Origin: a virus
Lineage: Duplodnaviria; Caudoviricetes
Strand: one strand, 5' to 3'
DNA: 45,805 bases
Virus record (IMG/VR): IMGVR_UViG_3300017761_001556
Coordinates: 1 to 45,805 of that record
Part shown: in pieces, positions 9,295 to 17,531 of the stretch
Numbering within the stretch: the stretch's first letter is position 1
Layout of the letters: every line of letters begins with the position of its first letter
Program-made: the position numbers and the translations under genes
The notes under the pieces: generated by a model
Databases searched by the model: none
What the model was told of the DNA's origin: nothing
The model's input: only the letters and a program-made list of their open reading frames with translations

Positions 9295-9323
9295 TTGCTT
9301 AATATGTCAACTTATAGTATAAT
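9295..9323 (+). promoter_or_regulatory. early promoter P3
   Basis: TTGCTT-17 nt-TATAAT; spacer begins AATATGTCAA as in P4. Confidence 0.75.
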
Positions 9324-9360
9324 ATAAGTGTTGGGTGAGGCGTTCCTCATACAACTGTAA

Positions 9361-9387
9361 TTAGCGTTCCGGCTACAGCCGGAATCA
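9361..9387. repeat. palindromic operator-like site, copy 2 (TTCCGGCT-AC-AGCCGGAA)
   Basis: Matches 8743-8769 with the central dinucleotide inverted. Confidence 0.75.
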
Positions 9388-9391
9388 ATCA

Positions 9392-9613
9392 ACTAACAAA
9401 GAAAGGGCATCATCATGGATCAAGAAGCAATGCGACAGCTACATGTAGCAATCGCTCACCTAGTAGCACGTCATGGTAGCCAAATAATAACTGACCTTGA
9501 GTTTGCTGCCGCAGTAGCAAAAGAGGCACAAGCATTTAAAGACAAAGACTTGTCTGGTCTACTCGATTACAACACAGGCTTACGTTACTAACAAAGAAAG
9601 GGCATCATCATGG
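9392..9613 (+). repeat. perfect 27-bp direct repeat (9392-9418 and 9587-9613) containing RBS and start codon
   Basis: ACTAACAAAGAAAGGGCATCATCATGG occurs twice. Confidence 0.9.
9415..9591 (+). CDS. 58-aa hypothetical protein (not in ORF track)
   Basis: MDQEAMRQLHVAIAHLVARHGSQ...GLRY*, with GAAAGG RBS downstream of P3. Confidence 0.7.
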   Translation: MDQEAMRQLHVAIAHLVARHGSQIITDLEFAAAVAKEAQAFKDKDLSGLLDYNTGLRY

Positions 9614-9900
9614 GCAAGCTAAAAAACAAAACCATCATTGATGGCGAAAACATGCCAGACATGACTACGGATGAACTCATCCGCGAAGATATATTTTTCC
9701 GTTACGGCGTAGACCTAACCGTTGCCAAGCGCATTCTGTCTCTAATGAAGCTTTCGCGACCACCCGAAACGCTATACGCTCATAATCCAGAGATGTATGA
9801 CATATGGTATAGAGAATTTTTAATTGACGATGGTTTTAACGCCCAGCTAAATTTGTTCGATAACATTGAAGGCGATGCGCTGTGGACATGGGAGAAATAA
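9610..9900 (+). CDS. hypothetical protein
   Basis: 96-aa ORF with the same RBS as the 9415 gene. Confidence 0.7.
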   Translation: MGKLKNKTIIDGENMPDMTTDELIREDIFFRYGVDLTVAKRILSLMKLSRPPETLYAHNPEMYDIWYREFLIDDGFNAQLNLFDNIEGDALWTWEK

Positions 9901-10112
9901 TGCATACACGATCTTGCATAATATGTGATGCACCGGTGGCTCATGAGCGGTGGGCGTTGGGCTATAAGACTTGCTTGCCATGTGGGGAGATAGCGTCACT
10001 TGCCGTCAAGCGTTCGCGCACCATAGCACCGATGCACAAGAGCAACTACATGCTGATAACGGACTTAGATGACCTGAAGGGCATCAACAACAAGGGAGGG
10101 TTAATTAAATGA
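9900..10112 (+). CDS. DksA/TraR-type C4 zinc-finger protein
   Basis: CIIC-x15-CLPC with an ERW-x2-G spacing typical of zf-dskA_traR; GGAG RBS before the ATG at 9900 (track start 9882). Confidence 0.6.
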   Translation: MHTRSCIICDAPVAHERWALGYKTCLPCGEIASLAVKRSRTIAPMHKSNYMLITDLDDLKGINNKGGLIK

Positions 10113-10252
10113 AAGGTTATGAAGTGAACTATTTAGACTATCAGCGAGGGACTATCTGCGTCGAGCGTTCGTGGATGGGTCATCCTTGGTGGTTAGCGTT
10201 AGAGGAACAACATCAGTATGAAGAGTGGGTTGGCTGCTTTTCTATTTTATGA
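10109..10252 (+). CDS. 47-aa hypothetical protein (not in ORF track)
   Basis: ATGA overlap with the previous stop, GGAGG RBS; MKGYEVNYLDY...CFSIL*. Confidence 0.55.
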   Translation: MKGYEVNYLDYQRGTICVERSWMGHPWWLALEEQHQYEEWVGCFSIL

Positions 10253-10263
10253 GGACAGTATTG

Positions 10264-10446
10264 ATGGATACACCATTATTTCTTAGACCACGGAACCATA
10301 TCGTGCGTAACTCGAAGAAGTCAGGGTCAGCAGCAGGTAGGCATGACACCACCGAGCGCAAACGCAAGCGTAGTGAGATAGATAACTTTAACGACATGAT
10401 ACTGAGGTGGAATCAGCATACAAGGAAGGCACGAAACGATGAATAG
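10264..10446 (+). CDS. small basic hypothetical protein
   Basis: Track ORF 10225..10446; probable start MDTPLF after GAGGA. Confidence 0.55.
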   Translation: MDTPLFLRPRNHIVRNSKKSGSAAGRHDTTERKRKRSEIDNFNDMILRWNQHTRKARNDE

Positions 10447-10558
10447 AAAACTATTACGGCATGTGAAACAGATGCTTAGGCTATCTGATAATGATCTTGA
10501 TCGTGAGCAGTTATTTGCTTATTTGAACCATTTAAAAGGGAGGGCGCAATGGCGCTAG
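10439..10558 (+). CDS. 39-aa hypothetical protein (not in ORF track)
   Basis: [13 protein letters not shown]...; fills the gap and overlaps both neighbours. Confidence 0.45.
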   Translation: MNRKLLRHVKQMLRLSDNDLDREQLFAYLNHLKGRAQWR

Positions 10559-10851
10559 ATATTATTGAGCCAAATGATGTTCGCATTGTTGAGGCAATAC
10601 AGGGAGTGCAGAAGTTGTACAGGTTCCCGAACGGCTACGGAGCGTCAGTCGTCAAGGGGGCGCATTCTTACGGAGGTGAAGATAATCTGTGGGAGTTGGC
10701 TGTGCTTACCTTTACTGACAAGAACGGCAACACGTTGGGGGACTATGACTTTGAGATGTGCTATACGACAGGCATAACTGAGGATGTACTGGGTCACTTG
10801 TCCGATGAAGAGGTAGAAGAGTATCTACACAAGATAAAGGAGTTGCCATGA
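10549..10851 (+). CDS. conserved phage hypothetical protein
   Basis: [12 protein letters not shown]...SYGG...LWELAVL motif; GGAGG RBS. Confidence 0.8.
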   Translation: MALDIIEPNDVRIVEAIQGVQKLYRFPNGYGASVVKGAHSYGGEDNLWELAVLTFTDKNGNTLGDYDFEMCYTTGITEDVLGHLSDEEVEEYLHKIKELP

Positions 10852-11057
10852 ATTTTTATGAGGGAGCAACGGTATGCTTAGGGTTATTCGCAATCGTAAT
10901 GTACATAAGAGTAAAGAGACTAGAAGACCAACTGTACCGATCAACAAGGTGCTTACACATGGTCGGACTGAGCAAGTGGACAATCAAGGCAGACGACGAT
11001 GAGTTCACAGTCTTTGACGATGACGGTGACAAGTTGATGCGAGTGAGTCGGAAATGA
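10848..11057 (+). CDS. small protein with N-terminal membrane anchor
   Basis: ATGA coupling, AAGGAG RBS, hydrophobic [14 protein letters not shown]. Confidence 0.7.
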   Translation: MNFYEGATVCLGLFAIVMYIRVKRLEDQLYRSTRCLHMVGLSKWTIKADDDEFTVFDDDGDKLMRVSRK

Positions 11058-11194
11058 CTAAATACGACAATTGGCTTCTATTGTGCGCGGTGATATTGGG
11101 TGGCGTCGCGTTCATGTCGCTAGGCGCTTTCATAGCTCATACAATACTTTTTGAAGGGGGTAGCAAACTATGGATGATCTTGATCTCTGGGTAA
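11054..11194 (+). CDS. 46-aa membrane peptide (not in ORF track)
   Basis: ATGA coupling; WLLLCAVILGGVAFMSLGAFIA transmembrane-like. Confidence 0.55.
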   Translation: MTKYDNWLLLCAVILGGVAFMSLGAFIAHTILFEGGSKLWMILISG

Positions 11195-11256
11195 TGATGG
11201 GCATGGCGGTAATGGTGGGGTTTGTGGCTGCCATGTTGATGTTCCACATCATCTAA
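11170..11256 (+). CDS. 28-aa membrane peptide (not in ORF track)
   Basis: AAGGGGG RBS; MDDLDLWVMMGMAVMVGFVAAMLMFHII*. Confidence 0.5.
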   Translation: MDDLDLWVMMGMAVMVGFVAAMLMFHII

Positions 11257-11280
11257 AACTTAAATACTTGAGTAAAGCCC

Positions 11281-11309
11281 TTGAACAATATGTCAAGTTG
11301 TGTTATACT
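11281..11309 (+). promoter_or_regulatory. early promoter P4
   Basis: TTGAAC-17 nt-TATACT; spacer begins AATATGTCAA; downstream hairpin CCCGACA...TGTCGGG. Confidence 0.75.
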
Positions 11310-11397
11310 TATAGGTGTAGTGAGAGAGTAAATTGCGCCCGACAGTAATTAACATGTCGGGTTCGGACGAAGTTCTATTTAATAAATGAGGTCAATT

Positions 11398-12309
11398 ATG
11401 TTAAGCAAACCGCAGCACATTACGTCACTTGCGACAAGTGGCATTTTAGTAACCCTTGAGGTCAACGTCTGGTCGGCAACGAAACAAGATCGTGAGATCA
11501 GCAATGAGGTTACTACATCAAAGAAAGCCGATGAGAGCGCAGGCAGATTCGTTAAAAATCTACTCGCTAACAATGCGGAACACAAAGCGCTTTCCAACTA
11601 TCGGCAGACTATCTACAACTGGATGACTCGCGCAACGTATGGGTGGAACAAATCACAGTCATATCTTCCGGCTGTGTCGCTACCCAAGTTCATGCAAGAG
11701 TTCGCTGGGCATCAAGATTCGTTCAATGATCTGTTAGAAAAGTTCTTAGCGAAGTATGACGACATTGTCTCGGACATGGCGTTCAAGCAAGGTGATATGT
11801 TCAACCGCAGGGACTATCCAACGGTGGATGAGGTGCGTCATAAGTTCGGCATCAAGCTCTACCGCTATGAGGTTCCTCAGGCAGACTATCGTTGTCAGAT
11901 AGCGCAGGACTTAGCTGACGACATGGCGGCACACTACAACCGCCAAGCGCAAGAGATCGTGCAAGGCATAGTGCAGGAGCAGTACGACAGACTCGCTGAT
12001 GTCATGGATAGTTTATCTCATTGCTGTGGCTACGATGAGTTTACCGGCAAAGATGGTGAGTTGAAGCAGAAGAAACGCAAGATATATGAAGGGACATTGG
12101 CGAAAGCCAAACAGTATTGCGATGACTACAAGAAGTTTAATCTCACAGATGATACGAGGTTGACTGACATAGTAGATCAACTAGGGATTACATTGCGCGG
12201 CGTTGATGCTGAGATGCTACGAGAGTCAGAGGCAACAAGAGCGCATGTGAAAGACGGTGTGGATGACATCCTCGCCAAGTTTGCACCACGTAACAACACT
12301 TCTATTTAA
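11398..12309 (+). CDS. DUF3150-like protein
   Basis: About 300-aa helical protein (LEVNVWSATKQD...YPTVDEVRHKF) located just upstream of an AAA-VWA pair, as DUF3150 family members usually are; track start 11386. Confidence 0.55.
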   Translation: MLSKPQHITSLATSGILVTLEVNVWSATKQDREISNEVTTSKKADESAGRFVKNLLANNAEHKALSNYRQTIYNWMTRATYGWNKSQSYLPAVSLPKFMQEFAGHQDSFNDLLEKFLAKYDDIVSDMAFKQGDMFNRRDYPTVDEVRHKFGIKLYRYEVPQADYRCQIAQDLADDMAAHYNRQAQEIVQGIVQEQYDRLADVMDSLSHCCGYDEFTGKDGELKQKKRKIYEGTLAKAKQYCDDYKKFNLTDDTRLTDIVDQLGITLRGVDAEMLRESEATRAHVKDGVDDILAKFAPRNNTSI

Positions 12310-12341
12310 CAGTTCGTCAACAACCGAAGGGGTAATTAATC

Positions 12342-13442
12342 ATGGCAAAAGTAGACTTCCGTAAGACAGTAACAATCAATCAACTAGCTAACTTGATACC
12401 GACAATATCAGCAACGATTGAGGGAGAAGACTCACACGTCACACCGATCATACTTAGTGAACCGGGTTGCGGCAAGACGTCGATCTTAAAATTGCTTGAG
12501 CAAAAACTTGGCAACAAGTACGACTACATCTACGTTGACTGTCCGTCAAAAGATTTACTAGACATCGCAGCAACAATACCGAATCACGGGGAGAAGTCAC
12601 TCGATCAATACGTAGGGTCTTTATTCAAGTTGGATAACAGCAAGCCAAAGGTCATCATGCTTGACGAGATATTCAAAGTTCCTAAGTTGATGGGCGTGAT
12701 CTGGACTAAGCTAATGCTAGAGCGAACAGTAGGGGACAAAGCGCTACCGCTTGGGTCTATCGTGTTTGGTACATCTAACAACGGAAGCGATGGTGTTGGC
12801 GACTACGTTGAGGCACACAAAGGCAATCGTGTTTGCTTCTATCACATGGAGAAACCCAACGCTAAGTCATACAACCTGTGGGCGGGTGAGAATGGTATCA
12901 GTACAATCATTCGTTCATTCGTTGCAATGAATCCTCGGGTGCTTCACTCATACCTTGACGGTGGGCAAGAAGATAATCCGTTCATATTCAACCCGACCAA
13001 GCCATCACAAAGCCTGTCGTTTATTTCACCACGTTCGCTCACTAAGTGCAATCGGATCGTCATGAACAAAGATAGTTTTAGTAGAGACGAGATCGAAGCA
13101 ACGCTCGCTGGAACTATTGGTTCGTCAGGAGCCGAACAGTTATGTACGTTCATTGACATGAACAGTCAGGTGTTAATGACTAGTGAGATCATCGCCAACC
13201 CAGAAGGCGTTGCGGTTCCGACAGATGTTGCTGCGCTGTGCATGGTGATGTTCAATGCGATTGACGACATCGTAACGCAAGATGATCTGTCGTCATTTAT
13301 GAAGTTCATTAAACGTGTCAAGCACACCGAGATTCAAAACATATTCTTTACTATGTTGATGGGTACTAAACGCACCGTAAGCCTTGCGAAAAACAATGCT
13401 GAGGTCAGCGAGTGGTGCAAAGATAACTACAAACTACTGTAA
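12342..13442 (+). CDS. MoxR/CobS-like AAA+ ATPase
   Basis: Walker A SEPGCGKTS, Walker B IMLDE, sensor GTSNN, NR arginine finger, SPRS sensor 2. Confidence 0.85.
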   Translation: MAKVDFRKTVTINQLANLIPTISATIEGEDSHVTPIILSEPGCGKTSILKLLEQKLGNKYDYIYVDCPSKDLLDIAATIPNHGEKSLDQYVGSLFKLDNSKPKVIMLDEIFKVPKLMGVIWTKLMLERTVGDKALPLGSIVFGTSNNGSDGVGDYVEAHKGNRVCFYHMEKPNAKSYNLWAGENGISTIIRSFVAMNPRVLHSYLDGGQEDNPFIFNPTKPSQSLSFISPRSLTKCNRIVMNKDSFSRDEIEATLAGTIGSSGAEQLCTFIDMNSQVLMTSEIIANPEGVAVPTDVAALCMVMFNAIDDIVTQDDLSSFMKFIKRVKHTEIQNIFFTMLMGTKRTVSLAKNNAEVSEWCKDNYKLL

Positions 13443-13459
13443 TAAGAAAGGGTTAGATC

Positions 13460-14662
13460 ATGGCATATCTTACAGACGAAGAAAGACTGAAGAAGAATCA
13501 CATTGTGTTAATGCGACATCCTGAGACTGCGTTGTACTCGGGCATCATTATGATGGGAGATAGTGAGGTAAGTGATGAATCTTTTACGGCGTACACCGAT
13601 GGAGTCAACAAGAAATATTCTCGCTCATTCATGCAAAAGCTCAAAGATGTTGAGTTGCGAGGTCTTATCTTACATGAGAATTTACATGTCACACTCATGC
13701 ACATACCGAGACACACCGACTTGATGAAAGAGAATCATACCCTAGCCAACATTGCTATGGACTTGGTTGTCAACGACATCATTATGAATCTGTCCGATAA
13801 GCAGTTGGCTTCATTACCTGAGGGCGCTGTGTATGACGAGAAGTTCCACGGTTGGTCTGTACGTGAGATTTACAACCATTTGAAGAAGGAAAATCCTAAG
13901 TGCAATCCACGGGCAGGTAGCGGTTCGGGGACAACCGAAATAGTAATTAACGGTGTCAAGCGCGAAGTGACAGGCGATGAGCATGACATGGGCAAGACAC
14001 CTTCTACTCCAGAGGAAGGTGAGAAGTTGGAGAAGGCTATCAACCAAGCCATACGTGAGGGCGGTATGTTGGCGGGTAGGCTTGGCACTAAGGTTCCTCG
14101 TCAGGTAGAACAATCGTTGGACAAACCACTACGTTGGGAGGATGTGTTACGAGAGTTTTGGACGAGTTCGGTACGCGGTAAGGACGAGTACACATGGCGT
14201 AGGTTTAACCGAGCGATGCTAGCCAATGACATCCTTGCACCGAGTACAGAGAATGAAACATTGACAGAGGTAATCATATCCATTGATACGTCAGGCTCGA
14301 TAAATCAAAAGATGATTGCCAAGTTCGCAGTTCAGGTGCAAGCGATTTGCGATTCGTGTACGCCCGAAACGGTAAGGATTCTATGGTGGGATACAGAGGT
14401 ACATGGTGAGCAGGTGTTTGCAGGTGACTCGCCCAACATCAAAGATATTCTTAAACCAATAGGCGGCGGCGGTACGCTGGTATCTTGTGTAGCGCAATAC
14501 ATCCTTGAGAAGAGATACAAGCCAGACTGTGTTGTAGTGTTTACTGATGGCTATGTTGAAGATAATGTTAAGTGGAATATATCCGCCGATACATTGTGGT
14601 TAGTGACGGAGAACGAGCGTTGGTCTCCACCGAAGGGCAAGAAAGTAATTGTTAATAACTAA
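13460..14662 (+). CDS. DUF2201-type metallopeptidase-VWA protein
   Basis: TAYTDG, HENLH (HExxH), ANIAMDLVVN; C-terminal MIDAS DTSGS...GGGGT...FTDG. Confidence 0.85.
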   Translation: MAYLTDEERLKKNHIVLMRHPETALYSGIIMMGDSEVSDESFTAYTDGVNKKYSRSFMQKLKDVELRGLILHENLHVTLMHIPRHTDLMKENHTLANIAMDLVVNDIIMNLSDKQLASLPEGAVYDEKFHGWSVREIYNHLKKENPKCNPRAGSGSGTTEIVINGVKREVTGDEHDMGKTPSTPEEGEKLEKAINQAIREGGMLAGRLGTKVPRQVEQSLDKPLRWEDVLREFWTSSVRGKDEYTWRRFNRAMLANDILAPSTENETLTEVIISIDTSGSINQKMIAKFAVQVQAICDSCTPETVRILWWDTEVHGEQVFAGDSPNIKDILKPIGGGGTLVSCVAQYILEKRYKPDCVVVFTDGYVEDNVKWNISADTLWLVTENERWSPPKGKKVIVNN

Positions 14663-14679
14663 TTGAAAGGGAATAAAAA

Positions 14680-15648
14680 ATGTTAGTTCATCCTATTGCT
14701 GTAGATAACATTTCGGAAGCATCCGTAGTAACAAATAAAGCATACCCATTATTGCGTGAGTTGGTATATCACTATGACGTTAAGGTAATAGGCTATCAGC
14801 ACCCGCCACATACCGATAACATGGACATAGCGCGATTGATAGTTGCATGGAAAGATATACCTGTAGGCGGCGTGTACTATGACATGAATACACATCAGTT
14901 CGCATTCCGTAGTGTTATGTCCCCAAAAGAAAGAGGTAGGACACACGATGACAAGTACACTTACGTTGCGACAAAAGTTTCTGTACTGATGCGAAGCATA
15001 AAGAGGTACAAGCTAATGCCCGAATCAGCAGACGATCTAATAAATGCACAATACCATAATGACTTTTACGCTATACCAAACTTTGTTGCTAGAAGTTTTA
15101 CCGGCAAGACAAAGCATAATGAATTGACTAGTGAAGAAACTCATACGCTACTCAATATAGTTTTTAACAATCAAGATGTAGAGAGTCTATCAAAACAATC
15201 AATCGACAAATATAAATCTTTACTTGACATATTTATTGACGTTGATAAAGTAAGGGCAAAACAAACAGACGAATTAATGGATATTTTCTCTAACCCTGTA
15301 TGGGCTATTGGATACGACAAAACTAATTCGTTCATAGTAGGCAAGATGCGGTTTGATTTTGAGTTGGATAGCGATCACGATCTGCTGAATATTAAGTTTA
15401 GTGTTGATACGCCGTTCGTTCGCACCAAAGACATAGATCATATACAAGAGTTGATACCAACATTAACGATGACTAAGGTACACATGCAACAGTATCACCA
15501 AGATAAGGTCACTTCGTTTGGGTTTGTAGGCGAGAGTCAACTAGTACCTAAGCGCCTTGAGATGTACATACCTGAGCTACGTGTAATTGGTTGCAGAATA
15601 GATACATGGGGTACGTTGTCTGACATGCGTTGGTTCTTTGTACTATGA
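14680..15648 (+). CDS. hypothetical protein
   Basis: 322-aa ORF with GAAAGG RBS. Confidence 0.75.
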   Translation: MLVHPIAVDNISEASVVTNKAYPLLRELVYHYDVKVIGYQHPPHTDNMDIARLIVAWKDIPVGGVYYDMNTHQFAFRSVMSPKERGRTHDDKYTYVATKVSVLMRSIKRYKLMPESADDLINAQYHNDFYAIPNFVARSFTGKTKHNELTSEETHTLLNIVFNNQDVESLSKQSIDKYKSLLDIFIDVDKVRAKQTDELMDIFSNPVWAIGYDKTNSFIVGKMRFDFELDSDHDLLNIKFSVDTPFVRTKDIDHIQELIPTLTMTKVHMQQYHQDKVTSFGFVGESQLVPKRLEMYIPELRVIGCRIDTWGTLSDMRWFFVL

Positions 15649-16031
15649 AAGACCACACCCTAAATCAATACGTGTTCAACGCGCTTACTGACTTGTCACC
15701 TGTAATGGCTGAAGATGGAATTAACTATCGCGTGCCTGTGCAGGTGGCAACTGAAACATCTAACAAGTATGTTGTACATGTAGGGAACATGTCGATAAGA
15801 GTATTCACTGATGATACTTTGCCTGATTTTATACGAGTGCGACTGTCTATGATTAAGGCATCGGGTGTAGGCGAAACGCTAAATACAAAGTTAGACGACA
15901 TCCTTACTACGTTGGAATTGTTCAGGACTAGGAAGGGTAACTTGGAGACTGTGGGGTGGCAAGCATCAAGCACCATGTTCATAGTTGTTATGGGTGACAA
16001 GGAGTTAGCCTCTCTCAAAGGTATGACATGA
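15645..16031 (+). CDS. hypothetical protein
   Basis: ATGA-coupled start at 15645 (track 15630). Confidence 0.7.
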   Translation: MKDHTLNQYVFNALTDLSPVMAEDGINYRVPVQVATETSNKYVVHVGNMSIRVFTDDTLPDFIRVRLSMIKASGVGETLNTKLDDILTTLELFRTRKGNLETVGWQASSTMFIVVMGDKELASLKGMT

Positions 16032-16327
16032 AACCTGAAGCAAAAGTCAAGAAGAAAGTCAAGGCAACACTTGATAAGTTAGGAGCTTATTATTTCATGC
16101 CCTTCATGGGCGGCTATGGCGCAGCAGGTGTACCAGACATAGTGGCTTGTTACAAGGGCAGGTTTTTAGGCATTGAGTGTAAAGCGGGCGGCAACCGAAC
16201 GACTGCGCTTCAGGTAAAAAACTTAAATGAGATAGGTAGGTGTGGTGGCGTAGCGCTTGTGGTCAATGAGGATAATGTAGATCAACTAGAGGGGATAATA
16301 AATGATGAAGTTCAAAGTGGTCGGTAA
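16028..16327 (+). CDS. VRR-NUC domain nuclease (Holliday junction resolvase-like)
   Basis: PEAKVK...GVPDIV...GIECKAG...TALQ PD-(D/E)xK pattern. Confidence 0.85.
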   Translation: MKPEAKVKKKVKATLDKLGAYYFMPFMGGYGAAGVPDIVACYKGRFLGIECKAGGNRTTALQVKNLNEIGRCGGVALVVNEDNVDQLEGIINDEVQSGR

Positions 16328-16502
16328 AGAAAATCTAATTGTGCCTGACGTTTATCAGGGCGAACAACGCATGAATCCGCTAGACAATTTTAAGTGGACG
16401 TCGGGCGCTAATGTTCAGGCTGTCTGGCGTAAGTATGGGTGGACGCCGCCGAGTGAGTACAGAGACGATTATCTTTTTGGTCGTAATCGCGGTTTCAAAT
16501 AA
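16302..16502 (+). CDS. small hypothetical protein
   Basis: FKWTSGANVQAVWRKYGWTPPSE motif; GAGGGG RBS. Confidence 0.65.
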   Translation: MMKFKVVGKENLIVPDVYQGEQRMNPLDNFKWTSGANVQAVWRKYGWTPPSEYRDDYLFGRNRGFK

Positions 16503-16509
16503 TTTTATT

Positions 16510-16543
16510 TAGCAGTTCGGGGCAACCCGAACTGCTATTTTTT
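16510..16543 (+). terminator. intrinsic terminator T3
   Basis: TAGCAGTTCGGG-GCAA-CCCGAACTGCTA followed by T6. Confidence 0.9.
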
Positions 16544-16587
16544 GTGTCTAAATAATTCTCTAAATAGGGACAACTGGTTTCAGGTCT

Positions 16588-16824
16588 ATGAATAAAAATC
16601 GGCACATACGCAAAGAGAAAAAGATTTTTAATTTTTTAATGCGAACAAATAACTTTCAGACTGACGCGCAACTAGCTAATTTTTTGTATTGCTCCACGCC
16701 TGTCATTAGCCGCATACGCAACGATCAGATGAACATAACACCACGCATGATATTAATTATTTATGATAAGACCACGTTGACGATTGAAGAGATTAGGAAG
16801 ATGGGCAAGGAAGATGTTGAATAA
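16588..16824 (+). CDS. XRE/Cro-like HTH protein
   Basis: TDAQLANFLYCSTPVISRIRN helix-turn-helix pattern. Confidence 0.7.
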   Translation: MNKNRHIRKEKKIFNFLMRTNNFQTDAQLANFLYCSTPVISRIRNDQMNITPRMILIIYDKTTLTIEEIRKMGKEDVE

Positions 16825-17236
16825 GGAGAATGTAATGCACGACCCGCAACGTATCTATGACGCTATGTTGATAAAGGCATTCAGGGCAGACATAACTCTT
16901 ATGCAGATGTGGTACTGGTTAAAGCCTTATAACATACGCATCCCTAACAAGACCCTAAAACGGCAACCGCCAATACTTAAAATGCGCGTACAAGCTTTTG
17001 TTGGTTCGCATTTAAAACCTTTAGCAGATAGGTTGTGGGATACCGATAAAACGCAAGATATTAAAACATTAGATTGGATGGCAAACTTAAACAATCAAAA
17101 CACAGCACAAAGAATATCTAACGACATAACCAAACTTAAAAAGCAGAACACAAACGATCGTAGGAGAAGCGCGATACTGAGAGAAAACCTAGAAGGTCAA
17201 AGACGAAGCAACCAATGGAACGTAGTCAAATTATGA
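16814..17236 (+). CDS. hypothetical protein
   Basis: Track ORF 16784..17236; start uncertain (16814 or 16835). Confidence 0.6.
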   Translation: MLNKENVMHDPQRIYDAMLIKAFRADITLMQMWYWLKPYNIRIPNKTLKRQPPILKMRVQAFVGSHLKPLADRLWDTDKTQDIKTLDWMANLNNQNTAQRISNDITKLKKQNTNDRRRSAILRENLEGQRRSNQWNVVKL

Positions 17237-17267
17237 ACAAAGAAGCCGAACAAAATGGGGAGGAGTT

Positions 17268-17531
17268 ATGAGCGAACCAGTAGCATGGATGTGGGATATA
17301 GATAACGGCGGCGGGTATTCAAGTAGGGGAATAGGCTTTCAAAAAACAGACATTCCATTCGCTAAACATACGCCGCTCTATGCCACACCACCAAACCGCG
17401 AATGGGTAGGGCTGACGGACGAGGAAATACTTGCAGCAGGACTTAGTGCAGGTTTCAAAGCGGGTTCAGTTCGTTTCAACTTAATCGTACAGTCTATAGA
17501 AGCCAAGCTAAAGGAGAAGAACGGTGGATGA
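17268..17531 (+). CDS. small phage protein of the EPVAW...WVGLTDEE...IEAKLKEKN type
   Basis: Characteristic N- and C-terminal motifs; GGAGGAG RBS. Confidence 0.75.
   Translation: MSEPVAWMWDIDNGGGYSSRGIGFQKTDIPFAKHTPLYATPPNREWVGLTDEEILAAGLSAGFKAGSVRFNLIVQSIEAKLKEKNGG

Noticed and set aside
8848-9302. ORFs 8848..9096 (-) and 9087..9302 (+)
   Set aside because: They run through the iteron/AT-rich array with no RBS; repetitive FVP/EQN residues are just translated iterons
8800-9620. Repeat clusters as a possible CRISPR or mini-array (a Cas4-like gene is present)
   Set aside because: No regularly spaced repeats with unique spacers; the Cas4-like nuclease sits in the replication module, as is usual for phages
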